DNA of 64,000 nucleotides from Dictyostelium discoideum. Taxonomy: Eukaryota. Every line of letters starts with the position of its first letter. The first letter of the stretch is position 1. The translations under genes and the position numbers were made by a program. The notes below the pieces were generated by a model. It had not been told where the DNA came from and did not search any database. It was given only the letters and a program-made list of their open reading frames with translations. Positions 10,928 to 23,376 of the stretch are shown here, piece after piece. The stretch lies in the NCBI GenBank assembly GCA_000004695.1, contig CM000152.2, forward strand, positions 4,704,001-4,768,000. Reading direction: 5' to 3'.

Positions 10928-12442
10928 ATGGATGATCAAGATATATTTTCAAAAAGAGGATCATATAGACAAGAAATAATTAAAAATGAAAATGATAAAA
11001 AGTATTTTAATAAAGTAACTAATAATATTAATGAAAATGAAAATGAAAATGAAGAAAAAATTAAAAGATTTAAACAAGATAATAAAATTAAAACCAATGA
11101 AATGAGAAAAATACATATGAATGATTTAAATGAATATTATCAAAAGTATAAAGAAGAGATCGATTTAAAATTAAAGATAAATAAAAAGAAATTATCAGTT
11201 GCAATGGTTTTTGGATATGACGGTACTGGTTATTATGGTTTAGGTTATCAAGTTGATATTAAATATCCATCAATTGAAAATTTAATTGAAAAAGTTTTAT
11301 TTAGATGTGGTCATATTTTACCAAGTAATGTTGGTGAATTAAAAAGATTGAAATGGAGTCACTCAAGTAGAACTGATAAAGGTGTTCATTCATTAGCAAC
11401 TGTAATATCCTGTTTCTTAGTTGTTGATGATAATACTTTTAAAAATGATATCAATCAAACATTCATTGATACTATAAATAATTATTTACCATCATCCATT
11501 AGATTATTCAGCGCATGTAAAGTTTCACGTAGTTTTCAAGCTAGAAAAAAAGGAATTGAAAGATCTTATAATTATATGGTACCATCAGAATATTTAAATA
11601 ATATTAAAATTGATGAAATGAATAAAATTTTACAAAATTTTATTGGTATAAATAGTTATCATAATTTTACAAGTAAAAGAAATACTTATTTAAGTAATAA
11701 TAATAATAAAAATCATGAAAAAGATGAAAAAGATGAAGAAGATGGAGATGAAGAAGAAGAAGAGGATGATGAAGTTGAAGTTGAAAATAGTAATAATAAT
11801 AATAGTAATTATAGATTAAATGAAAAATTATTATTTAGAAATAATTCAACAAATATTAGAAATATTAAATCATTTTATGTTGAAAATGAAATAATTGAAA
11901 TTAAAGGTAAAGGTTGGTATAAATTTGTAATTATTGGTGAATCATTTATTTTATATCAAATTAGAAGAATGGTGGGATTCTTTTTATCGATTGTTAAAGG
12001 TTATTCAACAGTTGAGGCATTAGAGTTATCATTGAAATCACCATTTTCAATTTGTGTACCAACAGCACCACCATTTCCATTATATTTATTTAATGTTAAA
12101 TTTGACCCAAATTCAAATGTTGAAAAATTATTTTCAAATCCAGAACCAATCCAATTTAAACAATTCAATTTTTTACAATCACAATTAATACCACGTTTTA
12201 ATGAGATTGAATTTCAAACTAATCAATTTAAAGAATTTTTCAATTATTTAGAAAATAGTCATAATTTTAATCTAGATGATATTGATCAATTAAGAATTTT
12301 AAATCAACAATATCAAACTGAAAAAGAAGAAAGAAAAAAACAAAATGAGTTATTATTATTAAAAGAAAAACAAGAAACAATTGTTGAAATTGGAAACGAG
12401 AGAATAGAAAAATTAAAAAAAAAAGAAATAAAAATTAACTAA
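10928..12442 (+). CDS. pus1: tRNA pseudouridine synthase, TruA/Pus1 type, with N- and C-terminal low-complexity extensions
   Basis: YDGTGYYGLGYQ block; catalytic-Asp motif RTDKGVHS; RSYNYMVP (compare Pus1 ARTYCYLLP). Confidence 0.85.
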   Translation: MDDQDIFSKRGSYRQEIIKNENDKKYFNKVTNNINENENENEEKIKRFKQDNKIKTNEMRKIHMNDLNEYYQKYKEEIDLKLKINKKKLSVAMVFGYDGTGYYGLGYQVDIKYPSIENLIEKVLFRCGHILPSNVGELKRLKWSHSSRTDKGVHSLATVISCFLVVDDNTFKNDINQTFIDTINNYLPSSIRLFSACKVSRSFQARKKGIERSYNYMVPSEYLNNIKIDEMNKILQNFIGINSYHNFTSKRNTYLSNNNNKNHEKDEKDEEDGDEEEEEDDEVEVENSNNNNSNYRLNEKLLFRNNSTNIRNIKSFYVENEIIEIKGKGWYKFVIIGESFILYQIRRMVGFFLSIVKGYSTVEALELSLKSPFSICVPTAPPFPLYLFNVKFDPNSNVEKLFSNPEPIQFKQFNFLQSQLIPRFNEIEFQTNQFKEFFNYLENSHNFNLDDIDQLRILNQQYQTEKEERKKQNELLLLKEKQETIVEIGNERIEKLKKKEIKIN

Positions 12443-12451
12443 TTTTTTAAT

Positions 12452-14620
12452 TTATTTTTTATTTGTAGTTTGATTATTATTAATATTTTGTTTTAAAATA
12501 TTTGCAGCACCACCACCACCTGATAAAACTAAATATGGTGAATTTGTTTTCTCTTGATAGGATTGGAATGATTTAACCATACCTAATGGAGTATCGTTTG
12601 AATCCATTTTCATTTTCTTTAATTCCTCCTCATAGAGTCTTTTTCTTTTCTCCATTTTATTTTTACCAGATTTTTTACCATGAAATACTTGAGACATCTT
12701 TACAAATGCTTCTTTTCTACTCATAACTCTACCAAATTCATCTTTATGTTCAATTACAGTAGATTCATCATTATCATAATTAATACCTCTTTTCCTATTG
12801 TTTGTAACTGGATTTGGTTGTAAATCACCTTTTTGTGCAAATAATCTTAATGCTGCTGAAACACTACCTGATACTAATGGTTCCTCTGGTAATATTGCTG
12901 ATAAATTATTATATTTCTTTTCTTTTTCTTTATATTTATTATAATCTTCATCTTCTTCATTTTCGTCATCATCATCATCGCCATCGTCAATATTTTTCAT
13001 TTCTTCATCTTTATTATTATTATTACTATTATTATTATTATCATCACTATCATTATTATTATTATTATTTTCATTTGATAATGAAGTTACTGTATTATCA
13101 TCAATTTTATTATTATTTGTTGTAGTTGTTGTTGTTGTTGTTGTTAATCTATAATTTGAAATTAAACCTTCAGGATTTAAAGATCTTACAAATTCAGAAG
13201 TTGGATTAATTGTAATTTCTTCTAAATTATTAGTAGTACTATTTTGATGATCTAATGATTCATCTTGTTTCTTTTTATTATTTACAATTTTATCAACTAT
13301 ACTTTTCTCTTTTTGAAAGATTGGTGCTTTTTTGGCGGTTGCTAAACTTTTATAAAAATCTTCATCTTCAGCTTCTTCATAATAATCTGAACTAAAAGTT
13401 TGTTTTGAAATTTCATTTGCTTTATCTTTTGCTCTTTGATAATTTTCTTCTCTTTTGCTTTGTTCTTCAATTTCTTTTTTCTCCTTTTCAGTGATGACTG
13501 ATTTTGAACTTCTTGAACCTAAATCACTACTTGTAGTAGCATCCAATTCATTAAGTAAATCTCTTGTTGCTGATTTCTTTCTTAATTTCTTTTTCTTATT
13601 TTTATCTCCTTTTGTTGCTGTTGCTGCTGTTGAACTACCAGTCTTTGTTGTTGTTGATGATGATTGACGATTCTTTTTAAATCTTTCCATCTCTTCTTGA
13701 GTATAGAATGAGGATAATATACTTGTAGTTGTATTATCTTCCATATTATAAGATTCTAAATTCTTTTTAGCTTGATCTTTTAATGATAGTCCATTTTGAC
13801 CTATGGATGATGAATCTTTATCGAATTTACCATCATTACCTAAAATGAAACCATTATCAACAACATCACCATCATCATCACTATAGTCACTTAAAATTCC
13901 ACCTTTATGTTCACCAAAATCATCATATCTATCAAATTTTGATTTCTTTTTATTTGATTGTAATTGTTTCTCTCTTTTTTCTTTCTCTGTTAAATTAACA
14001 TTTATCAATACATCCTCAGAATCTTCTAATACACTTGAATCTTGTAAAGTTAAAATATGTTCATTTTCATCTTCAAAATATTTAATATCATTACCAACTT
14101 TCATACCCTTTAAATTACTTTGATTATAATGTTGTTGTTGTTTTTGTTGTTTTTTATTTAATAATTCTTTCTTTCTTTCAATTTGTTTTTGTTTTTCATT
14201 TAGTCTTGATTTATTTATCCAACTTGATATATCATCATCTTCATCTTCATTTTCACCTTCTAATAATTGTTCAGCTATAGATTTACCTGCTAATTTTGAA
14301 TTTAATTCTCTTTTTTTTTTTAATCTAATAAAAAATAAAAATAATAAAATTATATTAATATATATATTTATATATTTTTTAGGTACAAATATATAAAAAA
14401 ATATAATATAATATAAATTTACATACCTATTAATTGTATCCAATACTTCTAAAGTATCACTATTTGTATTATTATTATTATTATTATTATTTGTTGTTGT
14501 TTGTGGTTTTACTTCTTTTGACTCTTCTTTTAATGGTTTTAAACCTAATGAAATTCTGATCCTATTCGTTTCTTCAATTGATAAACTTGTAATAACATTT
14601 GTTGGTGTTGTTTCACTCAT
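12452..14620 (-). CDS. sart1: U4/U6.U5 tri-snRNP protein SART1/Snu66 homolog. Exon 1 is 14620..14427, intron 14426..14325 (GTATGT…attAG, 102 nt, in frame and stop-free, so the ORF track reads through it), exon 2 is 14324..12452.
   Basis: Collinear blocks with human SART1: SLSIEETNRIR-SLGLKPL; RLKKKRELNSKL…DDDISSWI; ILTLQDS…EDVLINVNLTEKE; C-terminal FHGKKSGKNKMEKRKR…DTPLGMV…SPYLVLSGG. Confidence 0.85.
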   Translation of the reverse strand: MSETTPTNVITSLSIEETNRIRISLGLKPLKEESKEVKPQTTTNNNNNNNNTNSDTLEVLDTINRYVNLYYIIFFYIFVPKKYINIYINIILLFLFFIRLKKKRELNSKLAGKSIAEQLLEGENEDEDDDISSWINKSRLNEKQKQIERKKELLNKKQQKQQQHYNQSNLKGMKVGNDIKYFEDENEHILTLQDSSVLEDSEDVLINVNLTEKEKREKQLQSNKKKSKFDRYDDFGEHKGGILSDYSDDDGDVVDNGFILGNDGKFDKDSSSIGQNGLSLKDQAKKNLESYNMEDNTTTSILSSFYTQEEMERFKKNRQSSSTTTKTGSSTAATATKGDKNKKKKLRKKSATRDLLNELDATTSSDLGSRSSKSVITEKEKKEIEEQSKREENYQRAKDKANEISKQTFSSDYYEEAEDEDFYKSLATAKKAPIFQKEKSIVDKIVNNKKKQDESLDHQNSTTNNLEEITINPTSEFVRSLNPEGLISNYRLTTTTTTTTTNNNKIDDNTVTSLSNENNNNNNDSDDNNNNSNNNNKDEEMKNIDDGDDDDDENEEDEDYNKYKEKEKKYNNLSAILPEEPLVSGSVSAALRLFAQKGDLQPNPVTNNRKRGINYDNDESTVIEHKDEFGRVMSRKEAFVKMSQVFHGKKSGKNKMEKRKRLYEEELKKMKMDSNDTPLGMVKSFQSYQEKTNSPYLVLSGGGGAANILKQNINNNQTTNKK

Positions 14621-14709
14621 AATTAAATATTATTTTAAATTGTAATGTTTTTTAATTTTATGTAAAATGAGCAAAATTTTTTTTTTTGAAAATTACACAA
14701 TTAAAAAAA

Positions 14710-14749
<40 letters not shown>

Positions 14750-15331
14750 CTGTTTTCTCAAAAAAAAAAAAAAAAAAATTAATTTTTTATAGATAAATAA
14801 AAGACTAAAAAAAATATACAAAATGATATAAAATATAATAAAAAATGAATTTTATCATTCTGTTTTTTTTTTTTTTAAATTAGTCAAAAATTTTATTTTT
14901 AGAATTTAATTATTATCATTCATTTTTTGATATTATTTTTTTATTTTAAACAATGAGTGTATTTAAAAAAATTGATTTAATTAAGTTGTTTTATTTTATT
15001 TTATTTTGTTTTTTTCTTATTGATTTTATTTCTTTTTTAAAAAAAGATAAATAAGAATACAAAATAAAATTAACCAATAAATAAATAGATGGTTATTACC
15101 TTTTTTTTTATTTTTTATTTTTAATTATTTTTTTTTCAATATTTTTTAAATAATAAAAATAAATGAATTAAATCTTGATTATTTTATTTGTTTTTTTTTA
15201 TTTACCAAATCAATTTTTTTTTTTTTTAAGTATAATATTAATTCTAAAAATAAGATAATAGAAAAGGCAGATATGGATAATTGAGTACTTTTTTTTTTTT
15301 TTTTTTTTTTATATTGTTTATTTTAAATTAT

Positions 15332-17928
15332 TTATTTTTCACTTAATTGAAGTTGTTTTAAAACCATTTTTTTATTTTCTCTTATATCTTTTTCATATTC
15401 TTCTTTTGCGTTCATAATATTTACAACAATGTCACTATCTTCAGGTATTTCAATATTCTTTGAGATTGGTTTATCACCTTTTTTCAATAAAATCTTAAAT
15501 GTTTTTGTACCTGGTGTTGGTGAAACTGGATTACTATTAATATAGTTATTATTATTATTATTATTATTGTTATTTGAATTATTTGCGTCAATACTAAAAA
15601 GTGATGGAAGTGCAAGTTTTTGTTTTTCAATTATTTTCTTTTGTTCTTGTTGACCATCTGTTAACATTTGTTTAAATTCTTTAAGAATATCTTCCTCAAG
15701 ACTAATATCATCTTCATCATTATCTTGAATAATATTTAAAACATCTTGTTCACTTTCAATAATAATTGGTTGAGGTTGTGGTTGTTGAGGTTGTGGTTGT
15801 TGCTGTAATGGTAATGGTGAAGAAGAAGAAAGTTGTGGAGAAGTAGAAGACATAGATGAAGGTGATTTTGATTTATTTGATTGGATTTTAATTTTTGGTT
15901 GTTGTTGTTGTTGTTGTTGTAATTCTTGTTTTTGTTTTTGTAATTCTTGTTTTGATTGTGGTGTAATACCTGATAAAATCATACATTCATCATTTGCTTC
16001 TTCCCAAGTTTTAAAAACTTTAATATCTGGTACAATTTGTAAACAATCGGTAATCATAAATTCAATTTCTAGAGGTAATAATTTTGTTAGAGTATAACGT
16101 TGAAAGAATACTAAATATGGTTTTAAATGTTGTTCAATATCTTCTAAAGGGAAACAATCTTTACAAACTAAAAGTAAAGTGGAAATGAACCTAACTCTGA
16201 AGCAATCATTGATTGGGTCGAAATCATCCAAATTTGGTTTTGGTCTACTCTTTAGGAGATCTCTCTCTCTAAAGATATTGGAAGGGAAGAGATGACTAGT
16301 GGTATACCCAAATTCGAGTGCACCAATGAGTAAATCAAAGATATGATTAGTCTCCAATAAACATGCATTATACAATTCGCCAAATAGTGTGACTTGCATG
16401 ATTCTCTTTTGGTTGTAATTGAAATCGTTCTTTTCAAAGCCAATGGTGATCTCTTCATAAAGCTTCCAAATTACGTGACGGACAAACTCGGGATAGTATT
16501 CTTTCAAGTGATATAAAACATCGGCTATTAAATAGATGTTGCCAAATTTACCCTTTTGCACATCCAATAGATATTTACAGAGATAGTCACTGCAATCAGG
16601 CCAAGGCAATTGAAGGATCTTCTCAACGATTCTGTCCAATGTGGTGGATGATAAATATTTGAAAATTAAAAACTTTACAAACTTTTTGATAGGATTGATT
16701 TGCTTACGTTTTACCACCAACGGTCTACAAGCCAAATAGGCATTCTCTACCATTGGTTCCTTTGTAGCGCCTAAACTAGTGGAGTTACGATACTTGATTA
16801 AAATATCCAACATGTTTCTTAACCTAATTTGAGTATCTGGTGTTCTATATAGGAATCTACCACAGGTTTCAAAGATTAAACAAGCCACGTCAATATTATG
16901 TTGAATGAAATCATCGAAACAAATACGTAAATAAGAGAATGCAGTTGATTTTGGTAATATGGAAAACTTGATAAACTCTGAAATGAATGTTATATTCCTT
17001 AATTTTACATTCAATAGATTTGGTTCTTTCTTTTCAAACAAACCTTTCATATCTTCTTCAATCTCTTTGATAAAGGTATTAACATATTCCCTATAACTAT
17101 TTGATTGATAAATGGTTGCTAAAAATCTACAAATCGATGGAATATGATCAATTCTAGAATGAAGTAATAATTGTTGAAGGAATAATTTGGTGAATTTACT
17201 TGGTAATTTTATAAATTCTGTAACCAATGAATCAATTACACTTGGTTTATTTGAATTTTTTAATTGTTTAACTATATCCTCTAAACAATGTTTAACTCTT
17301 TGTTTTTCTTTTTCAATTTCTTCACTAGTTTTTGTAGTTATAGTTGTAGTTGTTGTTGATGATGATGAAATTGATTCTGTTATAGTTGGTGATACTTCAT
17401 TTGTACTATTTATTGACGTTAAAGTTGGTGTTGAATTTAATGGTGTTGAAGGTAATGAATTTATTGTTGTTGTTGTTGATGTTGGTGGTAGTGGTGTTGA
17501 AGATGGAGTAGTTGTAGTGGTAGCGGTGGTATTAGTATTATTATTAGTTGTTGTTGCTGTATTATTAGTTGAAGTTGATTTTGGAGTATTATTAATTGAA
17601 TCTTTTGAAGGTACATGTAAAGTAATTTCATAAAACTGTTTTTGTTCATCATTTTCAAATGGTGAATCAAAAACTTCCAATTGTTCAGATTTTTGTTCAT
17701 TATTAATTTCCTCTTCCAATTGGAATGAATAATCATTATTTGGAATTGGTTCACCAATTAATTCTGCAAAACTTGATATATTTGTAATTAACTTTTCATA
17801 TTGTTTTCTCATTGAATCATAATCTTTTGATGATTCTTCTGGTACTTCACCTTTTGTTCTCATAAATAATTTAATTTCTTTTTCTCTATCTCTTAATAGC
17901 TTTAAAAAAAAAAGTATATTAATATGAA

Positions 17929-17959
<31 letters not shown>

Positions 17960-19605
17960 ATTATTAATTATTAAAATTAACTTACAGATTTCTCTTTTGT
18001 TAAAAAATTACATAAAGTTTGATAATAATTTGAAATTAAGTTTTTAGTATTTGTAATTTCTTCAGTAGTTAATAAACTATGAAATAGATTTATTAAATCT
18101 GGTATTTTATCTTTATAATTTGAAACTTGTTGAAATTGTTTTAAAAATACTAAAAATGTTAATAAATTACCATATCCACTCTCTTTATCTTGTTCAATGG
18201 TTGAAGAGGTTGAAAGTTTACTAACCAATTTATAAATTGGTTGATAGGAATGAATGATATCAACACAAAATAAATCAATCATTATACGAATTATGAATCT
18301 ACGTTTGGTGATTTTCGAATTTCTTTCATTCTCTGAATCGGTTGATGCTATGATAAGGGGTGTGAAAAATGGAGGAATTTGCTCAGCGATGATGGTGTCG
18401 ACATCGTCGTATTTCTGATACATCATTGAGAGCACCTGAATCACGTAGGGGATATCCTGGGCTTTGAAATTGGATTTCAAGAGCGACGGGATGATCTCCG
18501 AGACGTAGTGGGAGAGATTGAGCTGCGACACCTCACTGACGATATTCTCCCTGCATTCAGTCAAGGTCTTGACTTTCTTTACAAATGTCGATACCTTTTT
18601 AAAGCTAGAGTCTAAATCTTTGGTGCCTTGTTTATTGGCTTTGCTATGTTTTTGATTTAGGCTACGAAGTTTTTGTTGAAGTTGTATCTCGTCTTTTAAC
18701 TTTTGAATTCTATCTTGCTCAAGTTTTAATTCCCTCTCCTTCTTTTCTTGCTCCAATTTCATTTCCCTTTCTTTTCTCTCCTCTTCTTCCTTTTCTTTAC
18801 GTTCTTTTTCAATTCTCTCTTTTTCTTCTCTCTCCTCTTGTTCCTTTTTCTCTCTCTCTTGTTTCTCCTTACGTTCTTTCTCTTCTTGTTCTTCTTTTAA
18901 TTTTTTAATATCATTTTTATTTGTTCTTATTGGTTTTTGTTTAATTGGTTTATTATTATTATTATTATTAATATTATTAATATTATTATTATTATTATTA
19001 TTGTCTTGTTGTGCTAATTGTTGTGCTGGTGGTTGTTTTTGTGCTGGTGGTTTATTTGGTTTTTCTTTTTTAATTGGTTTTGGTGGTTTAGCAATTGGTG
19101 GCTGAGGTTGTTGAGGTTGTTGTTGTTGTGGTTGTTGTTGTTGTTGTTGTGGATCAACATTATTATTATTATTATTGTTGTTGTTGTTGTTATTATTATT
19201 ATTATTATTATTATTCTTTTTTGGGATTCTACCTGCTTGTTTTTCAATTTGAGGAGCACCTGGGATAGGAGCGACCTTTTCAGGTTTTGGTCTTGGTGGT
19301 TTTTTTTCTTTTGGTGCTTGTTTTGCTAATGGTGGTACAAAAGCATTTTGTTGATTATTATTATTATTATTATTATTATTAACACCATAATAACCTTGTT
19401 GATATTGTTGTGGTTGTTGTTGTTGGAATGGTGGTTGTTGTTGTTGTTGTTGTTGTTGTTGTGGTGGTGGTTGTTGTCTTTCTACAAATACTTGTTGAAA
19501 ATGGTGTTGTGGTTGAACATTATTATTATTATTATTATTAATATTAGTGTTACTATTATTTTTATTATTATCAGGTTTTACCTTTGGGACATAAGTATAA
19601 CTCAT
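15332..19605 (-). CDS. upf2: Nonsense-mediated decay factor UPF2 (~1396 aa). Joins track ORFs 17977..19605 and 15332..17863 across an 86 nt intron at 17985..17900 (GTAAGT…tttaaAG, phase 0). N-terminus carries large poly-N/Q/P and E/K-rich tracts.
   Basis: MIF4G-type blocks match human UPF2: STFVKKVKTLTE (TAFVKKLKTITE), VACLIFETCGRFLYRTPD (MACTLLETCGRFLFRSPE), MVENAYLACRP, QKRIMQVTLFGELYN, YLVFFQRYTLTK, C-terminal FKILLKKG. Confidence 0.85.
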
Positions 19606-19777
19606 TGGATTAATTAGATTCGATTTTTAAAATGATATTCTAAAAACTAAAAAAACTTTAAAAACTTAATTTGTTAGGATTATTATTTATTTCATTGATT
19701 TTGATTAATATTTGAATTAACTACTAATGATATGAAGTTTAAAAAAAAAAAAAAAAAAAAATAAAATAAAAAAAATG

Positions 19778-19810
<33 letters not shown>

Positions 19811-19897
19811 GAAAAAAAAAAAAAAAAAAAAATTAAAAAAAAAAAAAAAAAGATAAAATGAAATTAATTTGATAGGGGAAATCAAGATTTTTATTTT

Positions 19898-20439
19898 TTA
19901 AAAATTATTTTCCAGTTTTCTTAAATCTTCCCTTATTTTCATTAAAGTAATTCCTAATTGATTTCTACCACTACCATCACCAATTCCCCAATAAAAATCT
20001 TTTTCACTACTTTCAACAATTTTTAAATTTCCAGTGTCCAATAAAACTAAAAATAAAATAAAATTAAAATTAGTATTTATTTTAAAGTTTTAAAATTGAG
20101 AAAAAAAAAAAAAAAAAAATTTCTTACTTAATTTAAGATGATCATTTTGATTAAATTTTTCAAAACATATTTCATACATAATTTGATCTTTGATTGTTTC
20201 CCAATCTTTTCTTTTTTTATCATTATTTAAATGTGCTATTCTTTTTGATTCACTCGCTGTTTTTGAATTTAAAATTTGGAAAAATATTTTTTGCTCGTGT
20301 TCAAATTTAAATGCTTGGAATGCATGTTCAGATGTTTTAAATGTATGATTTTTAAAATGAACTTTAAACCATGAAAAATTTGTGAAGCAACCATATGCAT
20401 CTGTGGACCTATAAAATGATATAATATTGTTTTCATCCA

Positions 20440-20440
<1 letters not shown>
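19898..20440 (-). CDS. NADAR (YbiA/DUF1768) domain protein, ~153 aa. Exon 1 is 20440..20128, intron 20127..20047 (GTAAGA…ttAG, phase 1), exon 2 is 20046..19898.
   Basis: FYRSTDAYGCFTNFS…F…TSEHAFQAFKF N-terminal NADAR block. The spliced exon 2 gives LLDTGNLKIVESSEKDFYWGIGDGSGRNQLGITLMKIREDL, which is the conserved C-terminal NADAR block. Confidence 0.75.
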
Positions 20441-20471
<31 letters not shown>

Positions 20472-20678
20472 AATTAACTTTTTATTTTTTTATTTTTTTT
20501 TTTATTAATAGAAAAAATTATTTCCATTTATTTTTTTTTTTTTTTTTTTTTTTTTCTGTTATTTTTTTCATATTTTATATAAAACAAAAAAAAAAAAAAA
20601 AATAATATTATTTTCTTTTTGGTGGTTTGATTTTTTTTTTCAACGATCTATTTTTATTATCCAATATCAATAAATTAA

Positions 20679-20796
20679 AATTGTAATTATAAAAATAATA
20701 ATAATAAAAAAACAAAAATACTAAAAAAGTTGTATAGGTAAATAAAATTATTTACCTATACAACTTTTTTATTATTATTATTTTTATAATTACAAT
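20679..20796. repeat. ~120 bp imperfect palindrome centred near 20746. Outer arms are ~27 bp and perfect (aattgtaattataaaaataataataat / attattattatttttataattacaatt). Inner arms are 22 bp and perfect (aaaaaagttgtataggtaaata / tatttacctatacaactttttt). The left arm carries a 17 nt insertion.
   Basis: Reverse-complement comparison by eye. Confidence 0.75.
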
Positions 20797-21129
20797 TATA
20801 AATTTATTTTATTTTATTTTATTTTATTTTTATTTTTTTTTTTTTTCTAAATTAATTCTTTTGCTTGTGTCGCATTTCAAACTGATTTTTTTTTTTTTTT
20901 TTTTTGGTTTTTTTTTATATTTTTTTATTTTTTTTAAATTTTTTTTTTTTTCAATTTTTCTTTTTCTTTTTATTTTAATTTTTATTTTTTTTTTTTTTTT
21001 TTTTATCGTTAGTGTGAATAATATAAATAACATTAAAAGTTATAAAATATATTTACACACCTTTTTTTTTTTTTTTTTCTTTAATTTGTTCTTTTTATAT
21101 TTTTATTTTTTATTTATTTTTATTTAAAA

Positions 21130-21327
21130 ATGTCAAATCAAATAGATAGAGAAGCAAATATTGCAAGAGCAAAAGAAATTTTTAAAAGATTAAAAGAAGA
21201 GGATTCATCAAACAAAGTTTGTTTTGAATGTAGATCCGCAAATCCACAATGGGCATCAGTTTCTTATGGTATTTACATTTGTTTAGAATGTAGTGGTGTA
21301 CATAGAAGTTTAGGTGTTCACTTAAGG

Positions 21328-21426
<99 letters not shown>

Positions 21427-23134
21427 TTAATATTAATAATAATAATATTAATACTAATTTTATTTTACAATTTATTATTATTTTTTTTTTTTTTATTATT
21501 TTAGTTTTGTAAGAAGCTTAACAATGGATCAATGGAATGACCAACAATTAGAAAAAATGAAACAGGGTGGTAATACAAAAGCAAAGGAATTCTTTAAAAA
21601 ACATGGTGTGCCAGATGACTCAAACATTAAAGGTAAATATAATTTAAAAGGTGCCATACTATATAAAGAGAAATTAGCAGCATTAGCAGAATCAAAGGCA
21701 TGGAAAGAGCCAGAAGCAAAACCAACATCATCACCAACATCATCAACACCAAAAAAGAAGCCAGGATTTGATGATTGGGATAAATTTGATACTTCTCCAC
21801 CAATAAATTCTGTAAATAGTAGTAAAACATCATCATCATCATCGTCATCCACAAAAGTTTATAACAGCACTACAAGTGGCGATTGGGAGAATGAAATTGA
21901 TGACACTTTTACTTCAAACAAACCTAAATCTATTAGTAGCAGTAGTAGCAGTAGTAGCAGTATCAATAATGGTTATAATAATTCTAAATATAACAGTAGT
22001 AGTAGCAGTAGTAGCAGTAGCAGTAATGGTTATAATAAAAACACAAGATCAATTTCAAGTGATGGTTATAACAATAACAACAACAACAACAATAATAATA
22101 ATAGTAATAATTCAGCACCAAAAGATTATAGACAATTTAGTGGTGCTAGATCAATTTCTAGCGATCAATATTATGGTAATGATTCATCATCAGATTATAG
22201 AAGTGGTGGTGGTAGTAGTAGTAATAATAGAAGTAATTATAATACATCATATAATTCAACCTTTGAGTATGGTTTATCAATGCTCGGAGATGGATTTTCT
22301 AAATTAAGCACAGCAGCATCAATTGTATCATCAAAAGTTCAAGACGGAACATTATTAACAGATGCACAAACAATGGTATCATCCTATATTCAAAAAGCCA
22401 GAGATGTAATCGATGGTAATGAACCATCATATAATGGCAGTAATTATAATAGTAATAATAATAATAATTATAATAATGGTAACAATAGTGTAGATAAAAA
22501 TGCGTACTATGATCAATGGCAAGGTGTAAATTCAAATGGTTATAAAAATAGTCCATTCAACTCAAGACCTAGTAATCCAATGAATAATAGCGGTAGTTAT
22601 AATGGTAATGGTGGTGGTAATAATAATAATAATAATTTACAATCATCAGGTAATGGTTATAATAATAGTAGTGGAAATTTATCAAATTCAACCAATTCAA
22701 CATCATCTTCATCAAATTATTCAAATAAACAAAATAATAGAAAAGAATCTGAAGAAGAATTTGTTGGTTGGGAAGTAAATGATGACGAAGACGAAAAACC
22801 AAGAAATAATAAAAATAAAAATAGTAACAACAACAATAATAATAATAATAAATCTAAACCAAAACCAAACCAAAATGTTAGGTATGATAGTGACGAAGAA
22901 GAATATGAAGAACCAAAGAAAAAATCACAAGCACCTCCACCATCTAAATCAACACCAAAAAAACAAGCTCCCCCAAGCGATGATGAAGAAGATGGAAATG
23001 ATTCGTGGGTTTGGAAAGATGACTCACCTAAAAAAACAACCACAACAAAAGCTTCAACTAATAAAAATGTAACAACAACTCCTGCTAAAACAACAAAAGC
23101 TTCAAACGAGGACTGGGACACTTGGAATGATTAA
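21130..23134 (+). CDS. ADP-ribosylation factor GTPase-activating protein, ArfGAP1 type. Exon 1 is 21130..21326, intron 21327..21504 (GTATAT…ttttAG, containing an (ATA)n tract), exon 2 is 21505..23134. Long S/N-rich C-terminal tail.
   Basis: ArfGAP zinc finger [35 protein letters not shown], then after splicing [11 protein letters not shown]…KMKQGGN (compare human SFVRSVTMDKW…KMKAGGN). Confidence 0.85.
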
Positions 23135-23376
23135 TTAATTAATTAATTAATTATTCATAAATTAAGTAATTATAGAAAATAATCAAGAAAGAAAAAAAAA
23201 AAAAAAAAACTAAAAAAAAAAAAAACTAAAAAAAAAAAACTAAAAAAAAAAACTAAAAAAAACTTTCAATAAAGGTCTACTATAACTTGTTTTATTATTT
23301 TATCAGTTTTCTTTTTTTTTAAAGAGTTTTTTTTTATTTTAAATAAATTTTTTTTTTTAAAGAAAATATTATTGGT

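Noticed and set aside
19014-19617. Three ORFs (81, 103, 89 aa) over the UPF2 poly-N/Q region
   Set aside because: Translations are poly-I/W/L/N artefacts of (AAT)n and (CAA)n tracts on the wrong strand or frame
20830-21127. ORFs 20830..21033 (-) and 20861..21127 (+) just upstream of ArfGAP
   Set aside because: Poly-K/poly-F translations of A/T runs in a promoter region
21529-23121. Multiple antisense or alternate-frame ORFs (21529..21852, 21627..21854, 21876..22307, 22299..22556, 22569..22802, 22717..23121, 22779..23072) over the ArfGAP S/N-rich tail
   Set aside because: All overlap the in-frame, motif-supported ArfGAP exon 2; low-complexity artefacts
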